DNA of 64,000 nt from Aureliella sp. (GCA_963691875.1 OY829846.1:1632001-1696000); one strand, 5' to 3'; shown: positions 1 to 10,804, counted from the first letter of the stretch. Translations and numbers: made by a program. Notes: generated from the letters alone by a model not told the origin.

Positions 1-3
1 TTC

Positions 4-867
4 GTGTCGATTCGCCACTATGCCAGTCCAGAAAATCGCACTCGAGCCGTAACGTTGGTACGACTGGCAATTAACCTTGGCTTCAGCATGGGACCTGCTA
101 TCGGTGGACTCATCATCACCTCTTGGTCCTACCACGGCCTTTTCTGGGTGGATGGTCTAAGTTGCCTCGGCGCGTCCGTCCTGATGTTTTTTACGCTGAA
201 ACCTATCTCAGGAAGCGACGAGCAAGAAGAGCACTCGCGTGCATCGCTACGAAGTCCCTTTACGGACATCCCCTTCTTGTTCGCACTGTTCGCGCAATTG
301 GTAATCGGGATCGCGTTCCTTCAGTACTTCAGTACGATGCCGATCTTCTACCGACATGTACATCAGCTTGGCGAGGTAACGATTGGATTGATTCTCGGGC
401 TCAATGGCTTACTCATTTTTCTATTTGAGATGCCACTGATCAAAGCCTGTGAAGATCGCAAAATCGCGGTTTTCACTGTGCTACGATGGAGCAGCTTGCT
501 GATCGCGGCCAGTTTTGTAACCGTGCTTGTATCCGGGCATACTGCTACACTGTGGATCGGCATGGCAATTTTGACTTTCGGCGAAATGCTCAACTTCCCT
601 TACATGAATCGCTTCGTTTACGATCGCGCCGACCAAGGTCGTCCGGGTACTTACATGGGAGCGTTCACGAGCACTTGGAGCATCGCGCACGTCTTTGGAC
701 ACAGCGCCGGATTGAACTTGATCGACCTTGTCGGCTTCGACTTAACTTGGTTTATCTGCGTTGCAATCGTCCTCGTTGGCATCATCTCACTGTCGCTTGC
801 GGAGAGGCAACTGAAGTCAGAAGAGACAGAAGAAGTGCCTTCAGCGAGCTCCCCGATCACCAACTAG
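4..867 (+). CDS. MFS transporter (5'-truncated by window edge)
   Basis: Multiple hydrophobic helices; MFS motifs NLGFSMGPAIGG and GEMLxxP...RPGTYMG. Confidence 0.85.
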   Translation: MSIRHYASPENRTRAVTLVRLAINLGFSMGPAIGGLIITSWSYHGLFWVDGLSCLGASVLMFFTLKPISGSDEQEEHSRASLRSPFTDIPFLFALFAQLVIGIAFLQYFSTMPIFYRHVHQLGEVTIGLILGLNGLLIFLFEMPLIKACEDRKIAVFTVLRWSSLLIAASFVTVLVSGHTATLWIGMAILTFGEMLNFPYMNRFVYDRADQGRPGTYMGAFTSTWSIAHVFGHSAGLNLIDLVGFDLTWFICVAIVLVGIISLSLAERQLKSEETEEVPSASSPITN

Positions 868-938
868 GCCCCGCACGATTCGAATAGCGCTGTCTATGAA
901 TCCGTGAATCCGCGATGTACTAGGCTGAAAAAACGAAG

Positions 939-966
939 TTTCCTCGCAGACGCTTCGGGTTGTGAT
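939..966. repeat. REP-like extragenic repeat, family A (TTTCCTCGCwsACGCTTCGGGTTGTGAT)
   Basis: Matches 10805-10832 at 26 of 28 nt; intergenic, downstream of a stop codon. Confidence 0.7.
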
Positions 967-1132
967 CTGGACAGAGGAGCCGACTTCGAGTGAGTCCTCG
1001 TCGAGACCGATTAATTCTGTACGAAGCTTCACGGGGAACGAGGAATTAAAGCGACAGTAATTTCTTGCCGCTCGAATTTAGGCATAATGCGTATCTTAAA
1101 TCATTCGACGAATTTTTCCTCGCGAGATAACC

Positions 1133-1981
1133 ATGTGTGATCAGGACCATTTTGAAGAAGACATCAAGAAGTACTCCCGACGTGATTTGGCGTCCTGGGC
1201 GGCTACTGGTGTTGGAGCATCTTTTTTGCTACCACGAGTTGCGAGTGCTGCCGAAGTGGAAGGCATGGACGTCATGATCGAGACGGAAGCAGGCAAGTGC
1301 GACGCGTACTTTGTCACGCCAACGGCAGGCAAGCACGCAGCTGTTTTGATCTGGCCCGACATATTTGGCCTGCGTCCAGCGTTCCGGGAGATGGCTAAGC
1401 GTTTGGCCGAGTCGGGATATAGTGTGCTGGTCGTCAATCCGTTCTATCGCAAGATGAAAGCACCAACGGCATCGAAAGGTGCGAACACTAGCATTCAAGA
1501 AGTGATCCCTCTTTACAAATCATTGACTCCTGAAGTTCAGATCGCGGACGCCAAGTCGTTTGTCGACTGGCTGGACAAGCAGGAACAAGTCGACACCAGC
1601 AAGAAGATTGGAACGACTGGCTATTGCATGGGAGGTCCGATTGTGATGCGAACGGCAGCGACTCGTCCCGATCGTATTGGTGCGGCTGGGTCCTTTCACG
1701 GAGGTGGTTTGGCGACCGACAAGGATGACAGCCCGCATTTATCGATTCCTAAGATGAAGGCACAGTTCTTGATCGCCATCGCTGAAAATGATGATGAGCG
1801 TGATCCTGACACCAAGGACACTTTGAAGAAATCTTTTGCTAATGCGAACTTGAAGGCAGAAATTGAAGTCTACCCTGCTGGACACGGTTGGTGCCCACCT
1901 GACACTCGGGTGTACAACAAAGAGCAGTCGGAAAGAGCTTGGAAACGTATGCTAGTGCTTTTCAAGAAGGCACTGGCGTAG
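1133..1981 (+). CDS. Dienelactone hydrolase family protein with Tat-like leader
   Basis: PDIFGLR motif, nucleophile GYCMGG, YPAGHGW His motif; N-terminal SRRDL followed by hydrophobic stretch and ASA. Confidence 0.9.
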   Translation: MCDQDHFEEDIKKYSRRDLASWAATGVGASFLLPRVASAAEVEGMDVMIETEAGKCDAYFVTPTAGKHAAVLIWPDIFGLRPAFREMAKRLAESGYSVLVVNPFYRKMKAPTASKGANTSIQEVIPLYKSLTPEVQIADAKSFVDWLDKQEQVDTSKKIGTTGYCMGGPIVMRTAATRPDRIGAAGSFHGGGLATDKDDSPHLSIPKMKAQFLIAIAENDDERDPDTKDTLKKSFANANLKAEIEVYPAGHGWCPPDTRVYNKEQSERAWKRMLVLFKKALA

Positions 1982-2072
1982 GCTGAGGGCTATTTAGGCG
2001 TTCGTTCGTCCCGCGTTGCGGAAACGGTGCGTGCCCAGCCCGGGTGACCGGACAGAAACGAAGTGCTGTTGA

Positions 2073-2662
2073 TTGATATTGAGCTGCGGAGCCTCATCTG
2101 CTTGCACTAAAACTGCGAAAACCGATCATGGATGGGACCGCTTTTGCTATTTTTCGCAAGCCCGGAGTCCTTCTACTTGGACTGTCATTTTCGCTTTCAA
2201 TTTGGCCGTTGTTCTAGCACTATCGTCCTCCAGCGCTGCGCGTCAACAAACCTCTTGTGGCCCTGTTCCCGCCTATCACCGATTGCATTGTTCGAGGCTT
2301 CGTTGGATGGGCTACCAGTGGATCATTGCTCTCGCCTTGAGCGTGCTGATGATTTTCGAGATCGCAATTGCCCTCTTGTTTGGCATGCCGAGATTCCACC
2401 TGCAGTTTCGGCCGTCATCGCGTTGATTGGCGGCAGCTATGTTTCTCTGTTTTACATTGCTGACCGAACCTCAAGAACGGACCCAAATTACGAAAGGAAT
2501 CCCTCGGAACAGGCAATGCCCCGGGGAAGACATCAAATTCGACGATGTTTAGCTTCTGGAATTTATCGACCTGGGATGGGGCTCAAAGTGCGATCTATCC
2601 ATACCTGCACCAGTATCGAGGAATCGATTATCGGTCGCGAAAGAGTTTTTATTCGCTCTTAG
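2073..2662 (+). pseudogene. Possible degraded small membrane protein gene
   Basis: Hydrophobic segments alternate between two overlapping frames (WTVIFAFNLAVVL / WIIALALSVLMIFEIAIALLFG versus EIPPAVSAVIALIGGSYVSLF). Confidence 0.3.
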
Positions 2663-2971
2663 AACTTGTGTTGAGCGATTGGCGCTGGCTTGGGTCATCA
2701 GACCGTTCTTCCCAGCTAACCGAAAGCGACGAAATCGCGAACGAGAACCAGTCGTTTTGGTCGCTTCACTGAATTTCGTAACAAGGCAATGAGCAAAAGC
2801 AGCTACCCTGCTCGCTCTGTTATCTGCGACCATTCGTTAGCATGGAAGACTTGGAATTTGGCGAGCAGAACTTCAATCCAAAATCGCAAGCTAGCTGAAC
2901 AAAAAAGAAAAGCGGTGAAGGTATCTCCACCGCTTAGAGATCTGATCAATCTGCTAAAAGCTTGGTCGCGA

Positions 2972-3640
2972 TTAGATTATCCCAGCACCAACGACTTCGA
3001 ACAGCATGCGATGCGGTTCTTTGTGAGTGTTCGCATCGCTAACCGTCACACTTGGAAGCTCAGACTTCAGAACCGCTACATCAGCGGGAGTCAACTGCTG
3101 AAGATCCAGTCGCAGTTCTCTCAGCTGATGTGCCTCTCGCAGCTTTAGCAAGCCATAGACGGAGAACTGGCTACCAGCCAAACTCAAGTAACGGAGATCC
3201 GGGAGTTGACTAATTAATTGCAATGTTTTGTCGGTTGCGCGATCAGAGGCAAGATTCAGTTGACGCAAACGCGGGAGATTACAGAGCACTTTGAGGTCGT
3301 TATCCGCAACATCATTTTCAGTGATCCTTACGCTTGACACGTATGAAACCAGTGCGTTGCCGAGATACTTCGCGAGTACGCGTCGTGCGACACTGGGCTT
3401 CTCGCCCGATTTCCGATCGAAGGTCGCGTGTTTCCAAGCATAGCTTGCATCGATGTCTTGAAGTTGCTTCTCCGTTTCGGCCATATTGTGAACTCGTTGC
3501 CAAGCGTACCCTGAGAATGCTGCTGAAACCGCTACCACGAGTCCGAGTGCTATAAGGACTCTCTCCCAAGGAAGCCTCGTTACCCAATTTCCACGAATCA
3601 TAGTACCCTGACGACGTATTTTCCCTGTTCGTTTCGACAT
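2972..3640 (-). CDS. Membrane-anchored leucine-rich-repeat protein (planctomycete type)
   Basis: One TM helix then LRR units LxxLPxLRxLxL; ATG at 3640 preceded by GGAG. Confidence 0.75.
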   Translation of the reverse strand: MSKRTGKIRRQGTMIRGNWVTRLPWERVLIALGLVVAVSAAFSGYAWQRVHNMAETEKQLQDIDASYAWKHATFDRKSGEKPSVARRVLAKYLGNALVSYVSSVRITENDVADNDLKVLCNLPRLRQLNLASDRATDKTLQLISQLPDLRYLSLAGSQFSVYGLLKLREAHQLRELRLDLQQLTPADVAVLKSELPSVTVSDANTHKEPHRMLFEVVGAGII

Positions 3641-4691
3641 GGTATTCTCCCCACCACTCAAAGAAATGTTCTCGCTACACTGGCGTTGAACCGCCAGCTG
3701 AGAGCCGTTCCCCCAAACTGCTCTCACAATCAATTCGTTACTGCATTTGATTCCTTGTTGCCAAAAGCACAAAAACTTTGCGCTCTTTCGCCACTCGTTT
3801 TGATCTAGGTGATGAATTCCCAAAATCTCAGACTAGGAAATGATGCGTAACCAGCTCTGAACTTCGCAAGAATCTGCTCCATCTTGGGCCTTTCGTAGAT
3901 TCTTCATAAAAAAAAGGCTCGGAATCAAGCAGACTTTGGTGCAAAACTCTGCAAATTCCAAGGCCTGATATCTGGAGGGCGGTTTGCCTTCCCCCAGCCG
4001 AGAATCGTTTCCCCGAGAGTAGCTGGACTCGCTACTTGTCATTATAAAAAACGACTGAGGCGGGTTCGCTAACGATCTTCGCGCTCAGCCCATCACGCTT
4101 CGTCCGATAGCGCTCGAGTGCCGCCTAGTACCGCGTCGCCTTGAATATTCCGCTTGAGCCGATGGCGATTCCTGCGACTGCGATCAGAAAATAAATTTTT
4201 GGAGCTGGGTGGGTCCGTAGCTTGTCAAACCACAGTACGTGACAAACAGCCCAAAGCCAAAGGGCAAGGCTCCTTGAAGCAGAGCAGTGCCACTAGAAGC
4301 TTCTTGAGTGCGATTTTTAGTGTGAATCAAATACTGTTCTCGCTACTTCTCGCATGCTTGATCTAACATCTGCAAATCATTTGAAGCTTCAGTCGATCTA
4401 CTCGATGCGCGAGTTTTATGGTGCTGACATCGAGTCTTACAACCGCCTGGGTTAGAACCACACCCTCTGATCGAGTCACTTTCAGATTGCTTTCGCACTG
4501 GGTGCATTTAACGCCACAAACATTGCAACAAAGAAATTCCAGCATGAGTTCATCCCACAAACAAAATCATTGCATCCGAGAAATGGCAGCTCTCATGGAT
4601 TGACTGGGCGCGATCGGCTGGCTCTCCCTGATCAACGAGCGAAACGCCAGACAGTTTACGGCGATAAGGCTCGCCGTGAATCAGCAGAACA

Positions 4692-5588
4692 TTAGTTCCG
4701 CAAAGATTCATCCAAGAACTGCAACACCGACTTGCTGTACGTTTCCGGATCGAAACGAAAGAGGTCTTCGTGGCGGGCGCCTTCAAGAAGGAGCCATTGT
4801 TTTGGCTCTTTAGCGTGCTCGAAAAGTTTGCGACTCTCCTCGACGGTGCAGCGTTGATCGACATCGCCGGCTAAAATCAAAACAGGACACTGCAGCGACG
4901 CGATATGATCCAGCGGCCGCAGCTTCCTTACGGAAATACCAAGACGCGGTCTGAACTGTAGCCACAGCAGGGGAGCCAGAGCATGGTGTAAAAAACCAAG
5001 TCGCATTTGTACGCGATTGTGCACCGCTCTAATGAAAGTAGGAAACACGGACTCGAGGATCATTGCGTCGACATCGACTTCGGCGAGCAACGCCGATGCT
5101 CCCCCGAGAGACCAGCCAATGATTCCAATCTTCTGCCCAGGTGTACGAGCCCGAAGGAAACGCACGGCAGCTTGGACATCCAAACGCTCAAGGTGTCCCA
5201 TAGTAATGTGCTCGCCGGGCGACTCGCCGTGAGCTTGTAAATCGACGAGTAGTGTCGAGTAGCTGTGCTGACGCAGCATAAGTGCTCGCTCGACCATCGA
5301 CTTGCGACTACCGCGAATCGGATGCAGAAGGATAATCGTTGCCGTTGAGTTCGCCTGTTGTGAGTACCAAGCGGCAATCTGCTTGCCAGACTCCGAGGCT
5401 ATCGTGAGCTGTTCGGCAGAAAGTTCAGCTGGAGGCAGGCCAATCGGGCGATTTGCTGCATGAGTCGCCTCCGTTCCTGCAATCCAAGCCGCCACAAGCA
5501 AAACGGCTGAAGCGAATACGAATCCGCCAACGAGAACTCGGCGGATTCCACGTCTGCGATTGCGTCGAGGGGCTTCTGCGGCCATCAC
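4692..5588 (-). CDS. Alpha/beta hydrolase, membrane-anchored
   Basis: GWSLGG nucleophile elbow, DLQAHGES, GDVD and GARHED motifs. Confidence 0.9.
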   Translation of the reverse strand: MMAAEAPRRNRRRGIRRVLVGGFVFASAVLLVAAWIAGTEATHAANRPIGLPPAELSAEQLTIASESGKQIAAWYSQQANSTATIILLHPIRGSRKSMVERALMLRQHSYSTLLVDLQAHGESPGEHITMGHLERLDVQAAVRFLRARTPGQKIGIIGWSLGGASALLAEVDVDAMILESVFPTFIRAVHNRVQMRLGFLHHALAPLLWLQFRPRLGISVRKLRPLDHIASLQCPVLILAGDVDQRCTVEESRKLFEHAKEPKQWLLLEGARHEDLFRFDPETYSKSVLQFLDESLRN

Positions 5589-6073
5589 AAGTACATTCCA
5601 ACAAAGCCGCCGCTTTCATCGGCTTGCTTCTGTAGCTCTTCAACTCGCTCCTGCGTCTTGCTCAAATCCCCCGCAGCGATAAAACGCTCGAAGTCCACCA
5701 AGACGGCTCGACGTACCGCTTCTTGCATCCAGTCCACGACGCCTTGATTGATCCAGCTACAAGTTTCCTGCGCGAGCGAGATGGCGAGGTCACATCCCTT
5801 GGCGGTGACGTCCTGCTCGTCCGTAAATATGACGCCTTCGAATGAGAAGCTTAGCATGCCGTCAGTTGCCGAATTCGTCAGATGAAAAACACAACTCGCA
5901 TTGTGGAGATAGTAAGTATTGTGCACTCCGTGTTTCTCGACAGCCTGACGAACGCGAAGCATTTTTTCAGCGAGCTTCGGAGATGCATCATCTGGCACGT
6001 CAAACCGAGTCACACTGCGGAGTGGTAAACAGTCAAAACTTATCTCTACCCATTTCCCACAGTCTGCCGTCAT
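5585..6073 (-). CDS. Hypothetical protein (C-terminal GGFVGMYL)
   Basis: 162-aa ORF with GGAG RBS; 4-nt overlap with the downstream hydrolase start suggests translational coupling. Confidence 0.7.
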   Translation of the reverse strand: MTADCGKWVEISFDCLPLRSVTRFDVPDDASPKLAEKMLRVRQAVEKHGVHNTYYLHNASCVFHLTNSATDGMLSFSFEGVIFTDEQDVTAKGCDLAISLAQETCSWINQGVVDWMQEAVRRAVLVDFERFIAAGDLSKTQERVEELQKQADESGGFVGMYL

Positions 6074-6325
6074 GAAAATTCACTCCAAATGCGATTCTTG
6101 AAGAAAGATACTTTAGAGCCACTGCGGCTAGAGTCCTAGTTCAAATTACTTGTCAGATAACCGACGCCTGTCGGGCCGATCGTCGTCCGAGATCAAGAAC
6201 GATTACTCTCGGCAGTGTAGAATTTTAGAGGTTTCTCGCGAAGTCTTTTTTGCTGCAAAGTTCAAAGCGGATTCTTTTTTGCGAGACCTGTTTCCTGATA
6301 TGTCTTGGCCGCGAGTTGATTTCCT

Positions 6326-7852
6326 TTGTCGCCTAACGCCACAGCTTCATGGACAGAAGTGCTTCACTCTGTCACCAATTCGCTCTGCGTAGTCATTTTG
6401 GCCCTCGCTATAGCGATGCCAGTCGGTATCCTGCTAGCTACGCTGCTGCTGCGAAGCAACATATGGGGCCGAAAGATCCTTTGGATTGCACTTGGCAGTC
6501 AGGTCGCATTGCCACTCTATGTTTTTGCGGGCGGCTGGAGTGCTGGTTTCGGTTTTCAAGGTTGGATCACGTCGACCGGAATTAGACTCACCGACTTTTT
6601 CGGCAATTCAGAAGCGGGCAGCCGGGGTGCTCTGTTTGCCGTCGCAACCGTTCATGCCTTTTCTGCGGTTCCCTGGGTCGCCTTTTTTTACTCCATCGGC
6701 TTGCGCTGGGTACGGCGGAGTGAGGAAGAGCAAGCCATTTTGGACGGTGGAGCCACGGCGGTCTTTCGCTTCCTACTCGCGAGAAATCGACTTTGGACCG
6801 CGATCGCGGCCATGGCATGTATTGTGCCCATCATGACGGAGATGGTGGTTAGCAATCTGTTCCAGTTGCCAACAATTGCGGAGCTAATCTACTTGGATGC
6901 AACGCTAGGAGCCATTCGTCCACAGACTTACTTGAGTGGTTTTTTTCTCAGCACCCTGCCACTCCTAATTGTTGGCATAATATTGTTCTGGCGACTTCCT
7001 AGCTGGGAGGCCGTCAATGCTCGTGAAAGTCACTTTGTAGCGCAGCCTATTGATTTGGGCGGCTGGCGTCCCCTGTGGAGCATAGTGTCTTGCGGATTGG
7101 TGCTTTTGCTAGTTGGACTTCCGCTATTTAGCTTGGTGGCAAAAGCAGGCTGGACTGTCGTGACCGAAGATGGCGTCACTCACTATGGCTGGACATTTAG
7201 CCGGCTTGCCGTCACAGCGAGGGAATCGTTCGCCCTGCGTAGCTCGGAGTTCTATTGGAGCTTTCTGCTGGGCATCGTTTCCACGGTAGTCGCACTTGCC
7301 ATCGCGGTTAGCGTTTTCGCACTCGTTCCAAGGCGAGTACGTCCTGTTTTCAGCTTGCTTGTGATCGCGATGCTCGCCGTTCCAGGACCTCTTGTTGGCC
7401 TTTCAATCATCTGGCTGCTCAATCGAGCTGAGCCCGCATGGTTGGGATATCTTTACGACTACACCATCACGGCTCCAATCTTGGCTCAGCAATTCAGAAT
7501 GCTTCCTTACGCTTGGTTTTTGACGTGCGCAACCATGGCATCGGTCAACCGGCGTAGCTGGGAACTGGCTCAACTTGACGGCCTAAGCCCGTGGCAAAAA
7601 TGGACTCAAATACTGTTCCCGCAGACTGGCTATCGCTGGCTGTCGGCAGTTTTACTGTTGATCGTGCTTAGCATCGGCGAGCTTAGTTGTTCGATCCTGG
7701 TACTGCCACCCGCTGTGACGACCGTTTCGATGAAACTGTTTGAGTTTTTGCATTTCGGCACGCGACATCAGGACTCCGGTCTTTGTCTCGTCCTGGTGCT
7801 ACTCGGCTGGGGCGTTTCATTCGTTTTCTGGAAAACTCTAACCGACCGATAA
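6326..7852 (+). CDS. ABC transporter permease (iron/thiamine-type, duplicated BPD_transp_1)
   Basis: About 12 TM segments and two EAA-like loops (EEEQAILDGG; WELAQLDGLS). Confidence 0.8.
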   Translation: MSPNATASWTEVLHSVTNSLCVVILALAIAMPVGILLATLLLRSNIWGRKILWIALGSQVALPLYVFAGGWSAGFGFQGWITSTGIRLTDFFGNSEAGSRGALFAVATVHAFSAVPWVAFFYSIGLRWVRRSEEEQAILDGGATAVFRFLLARNRLWTAIAAMACIVPIMTEMVVSNLFQLPTIAELIYLDATLGAIRPQTYLSGFFLSTLPLLIVGIILFWRLPSWEAVNARESHFVAQPIDLGGWRPLWSIVSCGLVLLLVGLPLFSLVAKAGWTVVTEDGVTHYGWTFSRLAVTARESFALRSSEFYWSFLLGIVSTVVALAIAVSVFALVPRRVRPVFSLLVIAMLAVPGPLVGLSIIWLLNRAEPAWLGYLYDYTITAPILAQQFRMLPYAWFLTCATMASVNRRSWELAQLDGLSPWQKWTQILFPQTGYRWLSAVLLLIVLSIGELSCSILVLPPAVTTVSMKLFEFLHFGTRHQDSGLCLVLVLLGWGVSFVFWKTLTDR

Positions 7853-8748
7853 GTTTCTCGTGCCGCTGGTTTCAAGATGGCGACAAGCTGACCGGACGGA
7901 TCAACGGCCACCCAGCGATTCAGTGGTCCTGCGGAGTCGCCATTGCTCCGGCGGGTCTCTGCTTTGCACTTCGGCGAAATCTCAAAGTGCGATGAGCCGA
8001 CCGCGATTCCATTCCGTATGAGCCCTGCGCCTTCCTCGCTCAGCGTACACTGAGGCAATTCATCGACCAAATTCAGCGGCGAAAGCATGGCATTCTGAAC
8101 ATCCGATTTTGACCGAACAGAGTTTAGTTCGACGCACTGCTCCAAAGAAACAGATCCAATGCGCTTACGCACTAGCTCAGTCATCACAGCGTCTGTCCCA
8201 AGTGCTTTCGCAATATCACTTCCTAGAGTGCGAATGTAGGTTCCGGTGCTGCATGCGATTCTGAGTTTCATGACTGGAAACTGAAAGGACTCGACCATAA
8301 GCGCATGGATAATCACGCGTCGTTTAGGGACGTCAAAGTCTTTCCCCTCGCGGGCTAAGTCGTAGGCTCGCCGTCCGTGAATATGGATCGCAGAATACTT
8401 CGGAGGAATTTGATCGATCACCCCTCTGAACAGCTGGCAAGCACTTTTCAGCTGTTCCAGAGTCAACTCGGGGCACTCCACGGGCTGCAGCTCGCCCTCG
8501 ATATCGAGAGTGTCGCTGGTCTTGCCCAGTTCAAAAGTCCCAATGTATTCCTTACCGGCTAAGTGCGAGAACTCGGTCAGGCGAGTAGCCTGCCCAATTG
8601 CGACCAGCAAAACTCCTGTGGCCAGCGGATCAAGAGTGCCCGTGTGCCCAAGTTTGATCTTCATGGGGCGAAGCGTACGCTGGACATGATTCACTACGTC
8701 TCGGCTACTTTTTCCCGCCGGTTTATCAATCGCTAATACGCCAATCAT
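7768..8748 (-). CDS. truB: tRNA pseudouridine(55) synthase
   Basis: IDKPAG, GHTGTLDPLATGVL, QIPPKYSA and CSTGTYIRTL motifs. Confidence 0.96.
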   Translation of the reverse strand: MIGVLAIDKPAGKSSRDVVNHVQRTLRPMKIKLGHTGTLDPLATGVLLVAIGQATRLTEFSHLAGKEYIGTFELGKTSDTLDIEGELQPVECPELTLEQLKSACQLFRGVIDQIPPKYSAIHIHGRRAYDLAREGKDFDVPKRRVIIHALMVESFQFPVMKLRIACSTGTYIRTLGSDIAKALGTDAVMTELVRKRIGSVSLEQCVELNSVRSKSDVQNAMLSPLNLVDELPQCTLSEEGAGLIRNGIAVGSSHFEISPKCKAETRRSNGDSAGPLNRWVAVDPSGQLVAILKPAARETYRSVRVFQKTNETPQPSSTRTRQRPES

Positions 8749-8931
8749 GGCAAGAACAGTTCCTTTTGCAAAATCTCAGACTGGCAGAATTATGGTCGAA
8801 TTGCTGCGAAAGACGAGGTGCCTACAATGGAGGGGGCATTTCGACCAAAATCCTCGTTCGGAGTTCCGACGAGCTGACAAGCCAGAAGCTGCTCCCACGC
8901 TGTGACTGAAACTCTAGCGAATTCGACAACA

Positions 8932-8990
8932 GCGGAATTCTGGCGAATCCCAGTACCGCGGAATTCTGGCGAATCCCAGTACCGCGGAAT
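8932..8990. repeat. 26-bp tandem direct repeat GCGGAATTCTGGCGAATCCCAGTACC x2 plus partial (REP-like family B)
   Basis: Exact duplication 8932-8957 / 8958-8983; the same core recurs at 48829-48847 and 48949-48972. Confidence 0.85.
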
Positions 8991-9033
8991 GCAGTAGTCC
9001 CGCAAGGCAAACAATTGATCGATAAGTATTCAC

Positions 9034-10341
9034 GTGGATCTAAGTTGGGAAATTGACGGATGGATCATTGTGGCAGGAGCGTTCTGCGCTGCTTCTGCCG
9101 CGTTGCTCGGCAATTTCTTGGTTCTGCGGCGCATGAGCTTGATGGGCGATGCGATTAGTCATGCGATTCTGCCAGGCCTAGCTGCTGCGTTCCTGATTAG
9201 CGGCGAGCGACAAGGGATCGTGATGTTCCTTGGTGCGGCGGGTGTTGGTGTACTAACAGTTTTGTTGACCGAGCTTGCTCGCCAGTATGGAAGAGTCGAT
9301 GAAGGTGCTTCCATCGGAGTCGTGTTTACCTTTCTGTTTGCACTCGGTCTCTTGATGATCGTGCGCGCCGCGGACCATGTGGACTTGGATCCAGACTGCG
9401 TTCTATTCGGTGCTCTAGAAACCTCTATTTTGGACAGAACGGATGTGTTGGGGGTCGCCATACCACGCGTCGTGATTTCGCTCGGCGTCGTTTTGTTGCT
9501 GAATCTGATTTTTGTTGTCACCCTGCTCCGCCCTTTGGCCGTGAGCACTTTTGATCCTCAGTTGGCGCGATCGCAAGGCATTCCAGTTACCTTGCTGCAC
9601 TACCTGCTCGCCGCATTTGTCGCGGTGACAGCTGTCGCTTCATTCGAATCGGTGGGCAACATTTTGGTTGTCGCAATGTTCGTCGTTCCGCCGGTCGCAG
9701 CTTGGTTGTGGACCGATCGATTGGTGGTCATGGTAGTGCTCAGCGTTGTCATGGGAGTTGCCTCTGCCATCCTGGGACATTTGTCAGCAATCGCTGTTCC
9801 TGGTTGGTTTGGCTACGGTTCGACGAGCACGGCTGGGATGATATCGGTGGCCTCCGGTGCAATGTTGCTGATCGCCGCAATGCTTGCACCGCGCAAAGGA
9901 ATCTTTTCGCGATTCTTCCGCAGTATTCAGCTCGCACTCACGATTCTCGGCGAAGACGTTCTAGCGGCGCTTTATCGTTCAGAGCAACGCGGGGCGGAAA
10001 CGATGTCACGGCGATCGTTACGTACACGACTGGCAGTGCCCGCAATAAGAGCTTCTTGGGTATTGCGCTGGCTTCGCTGGCGCGGTTTGGTAACGCTTCA
10101 AGGCGACGAGTTTACTTTGGCCGAGGATGGACGGAAGCAGGCCCAGAATATCGTGCGATCTCACCGACTATGGGAACAGTATTTAGCATCCGAAGCTGGT
10201 ACTGAGATGCAATTGTTGCACGAGGGCGCGGAGCAGTTCGAGCACTTTACCAGTCGTGAGCTCCGGCAGCGTTTGTTGCAGGAAACCAATGCACCAGACG
10301 TTGATCCACACGGTGCTCCGATACCGCCCGAGGCCAAGTAG
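9034..10341 (+). CDS. Mn/Zn/Fe ABC permease (ABC-3) fused to C-terminal DtxR/MntR-like domain
   Basis: LVLRRMSLMGDAISHAILPG and ESVGNILVVAM permease motifs; SHRLWEQYL...AEQFEH...DPHGAPIP DtxR dimerisation/metal motifs. Confidence 0.9.
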   Translation: MDLSWEIDGWIIVAGAFCAASAALLGNFLVLRRMSLMGDAISHAILPGLAAAFLISGERQGIVMFLGAAGVGVLTVLLTELARQYGRVDEGASIGVVFTFLFALGLLMIVRAADHVDLDPDCVLFGALETSILDRTDVLGVAIPRVVISLGVVLLLNLIFVVTLLRPLAVSTFDPQLARSQGIPVTLLHYLLAAFVAVTAVASFESVGNILVVAMFVVPPVAAWLWTDRLVVMVVLSVVMGVASAILGHLSAIAVPGWFGYGSTSTAGMISVASGAMLLIAAMLAPRKGIFSRFFRSIQLALTILGEDVLAALYRSEQRGAETMSRRSLRTRLAVPAIRASWVLRWLRWRGLVTLQGDEFTLAEDGRKQAQNIVRSHRLWEQYLASEAGTEMQLLHEGAEQFEHFTSRELRQRLLQETNAPDVDPHGAPIPPEAK

Positions 10342-10582
10342 CTGGTTTTCTGTAGCGGAAATCGTCAAGACTTTTGGCTCTCCGACACCCGCGTTTTTCA
10401 TACCCCGCAGCGTAAGCCTTGAAGTTACCCGTTTCGACTCAGAATCTACGTTTACGCATCGTTTCCTTGGTCATATGCAACTTACTCTGCCTGGGTAGAG
10501 TCGGGAGTAATGGGAGCGGAAAGGGGCCGATCTAGCCCTGCCCAGCCGAGGGCAACACCGCGTATCTCTAGTCGTTGTCCGC

Positions 10583-10602
10583 CCCTCCCGCAAGCGGGAG
10601 GG
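10583..10602. repeat. Palindrome CCCTCCCGC-AA-GCGGGAGGG in repeat-rich intergenic region
   Basis: Perfect 9-bp inverted arms; a loosely related CCCTC...GGGAGGG structure lies at about 14565-14630. Confidence 0.55.
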
Positions 10603-10804
10603 CAAGTCTGCGAAAACGATTGTACTTGTAGGCTGGCACAAGCACGCAAACGACGCATAAACGGCACAAAAGCCACTATTTTTGAACACTGCAAGAGGAG
10701 TTTGAGGAGCACAATTTGCGTCCGATTTTCGGGATTTCGCAGCGCTTGCTCGTTGCTTTCACATGAAATCGCGACGTCAAAAAGCGTAAGCGGCGCAACC
10801 AGTA

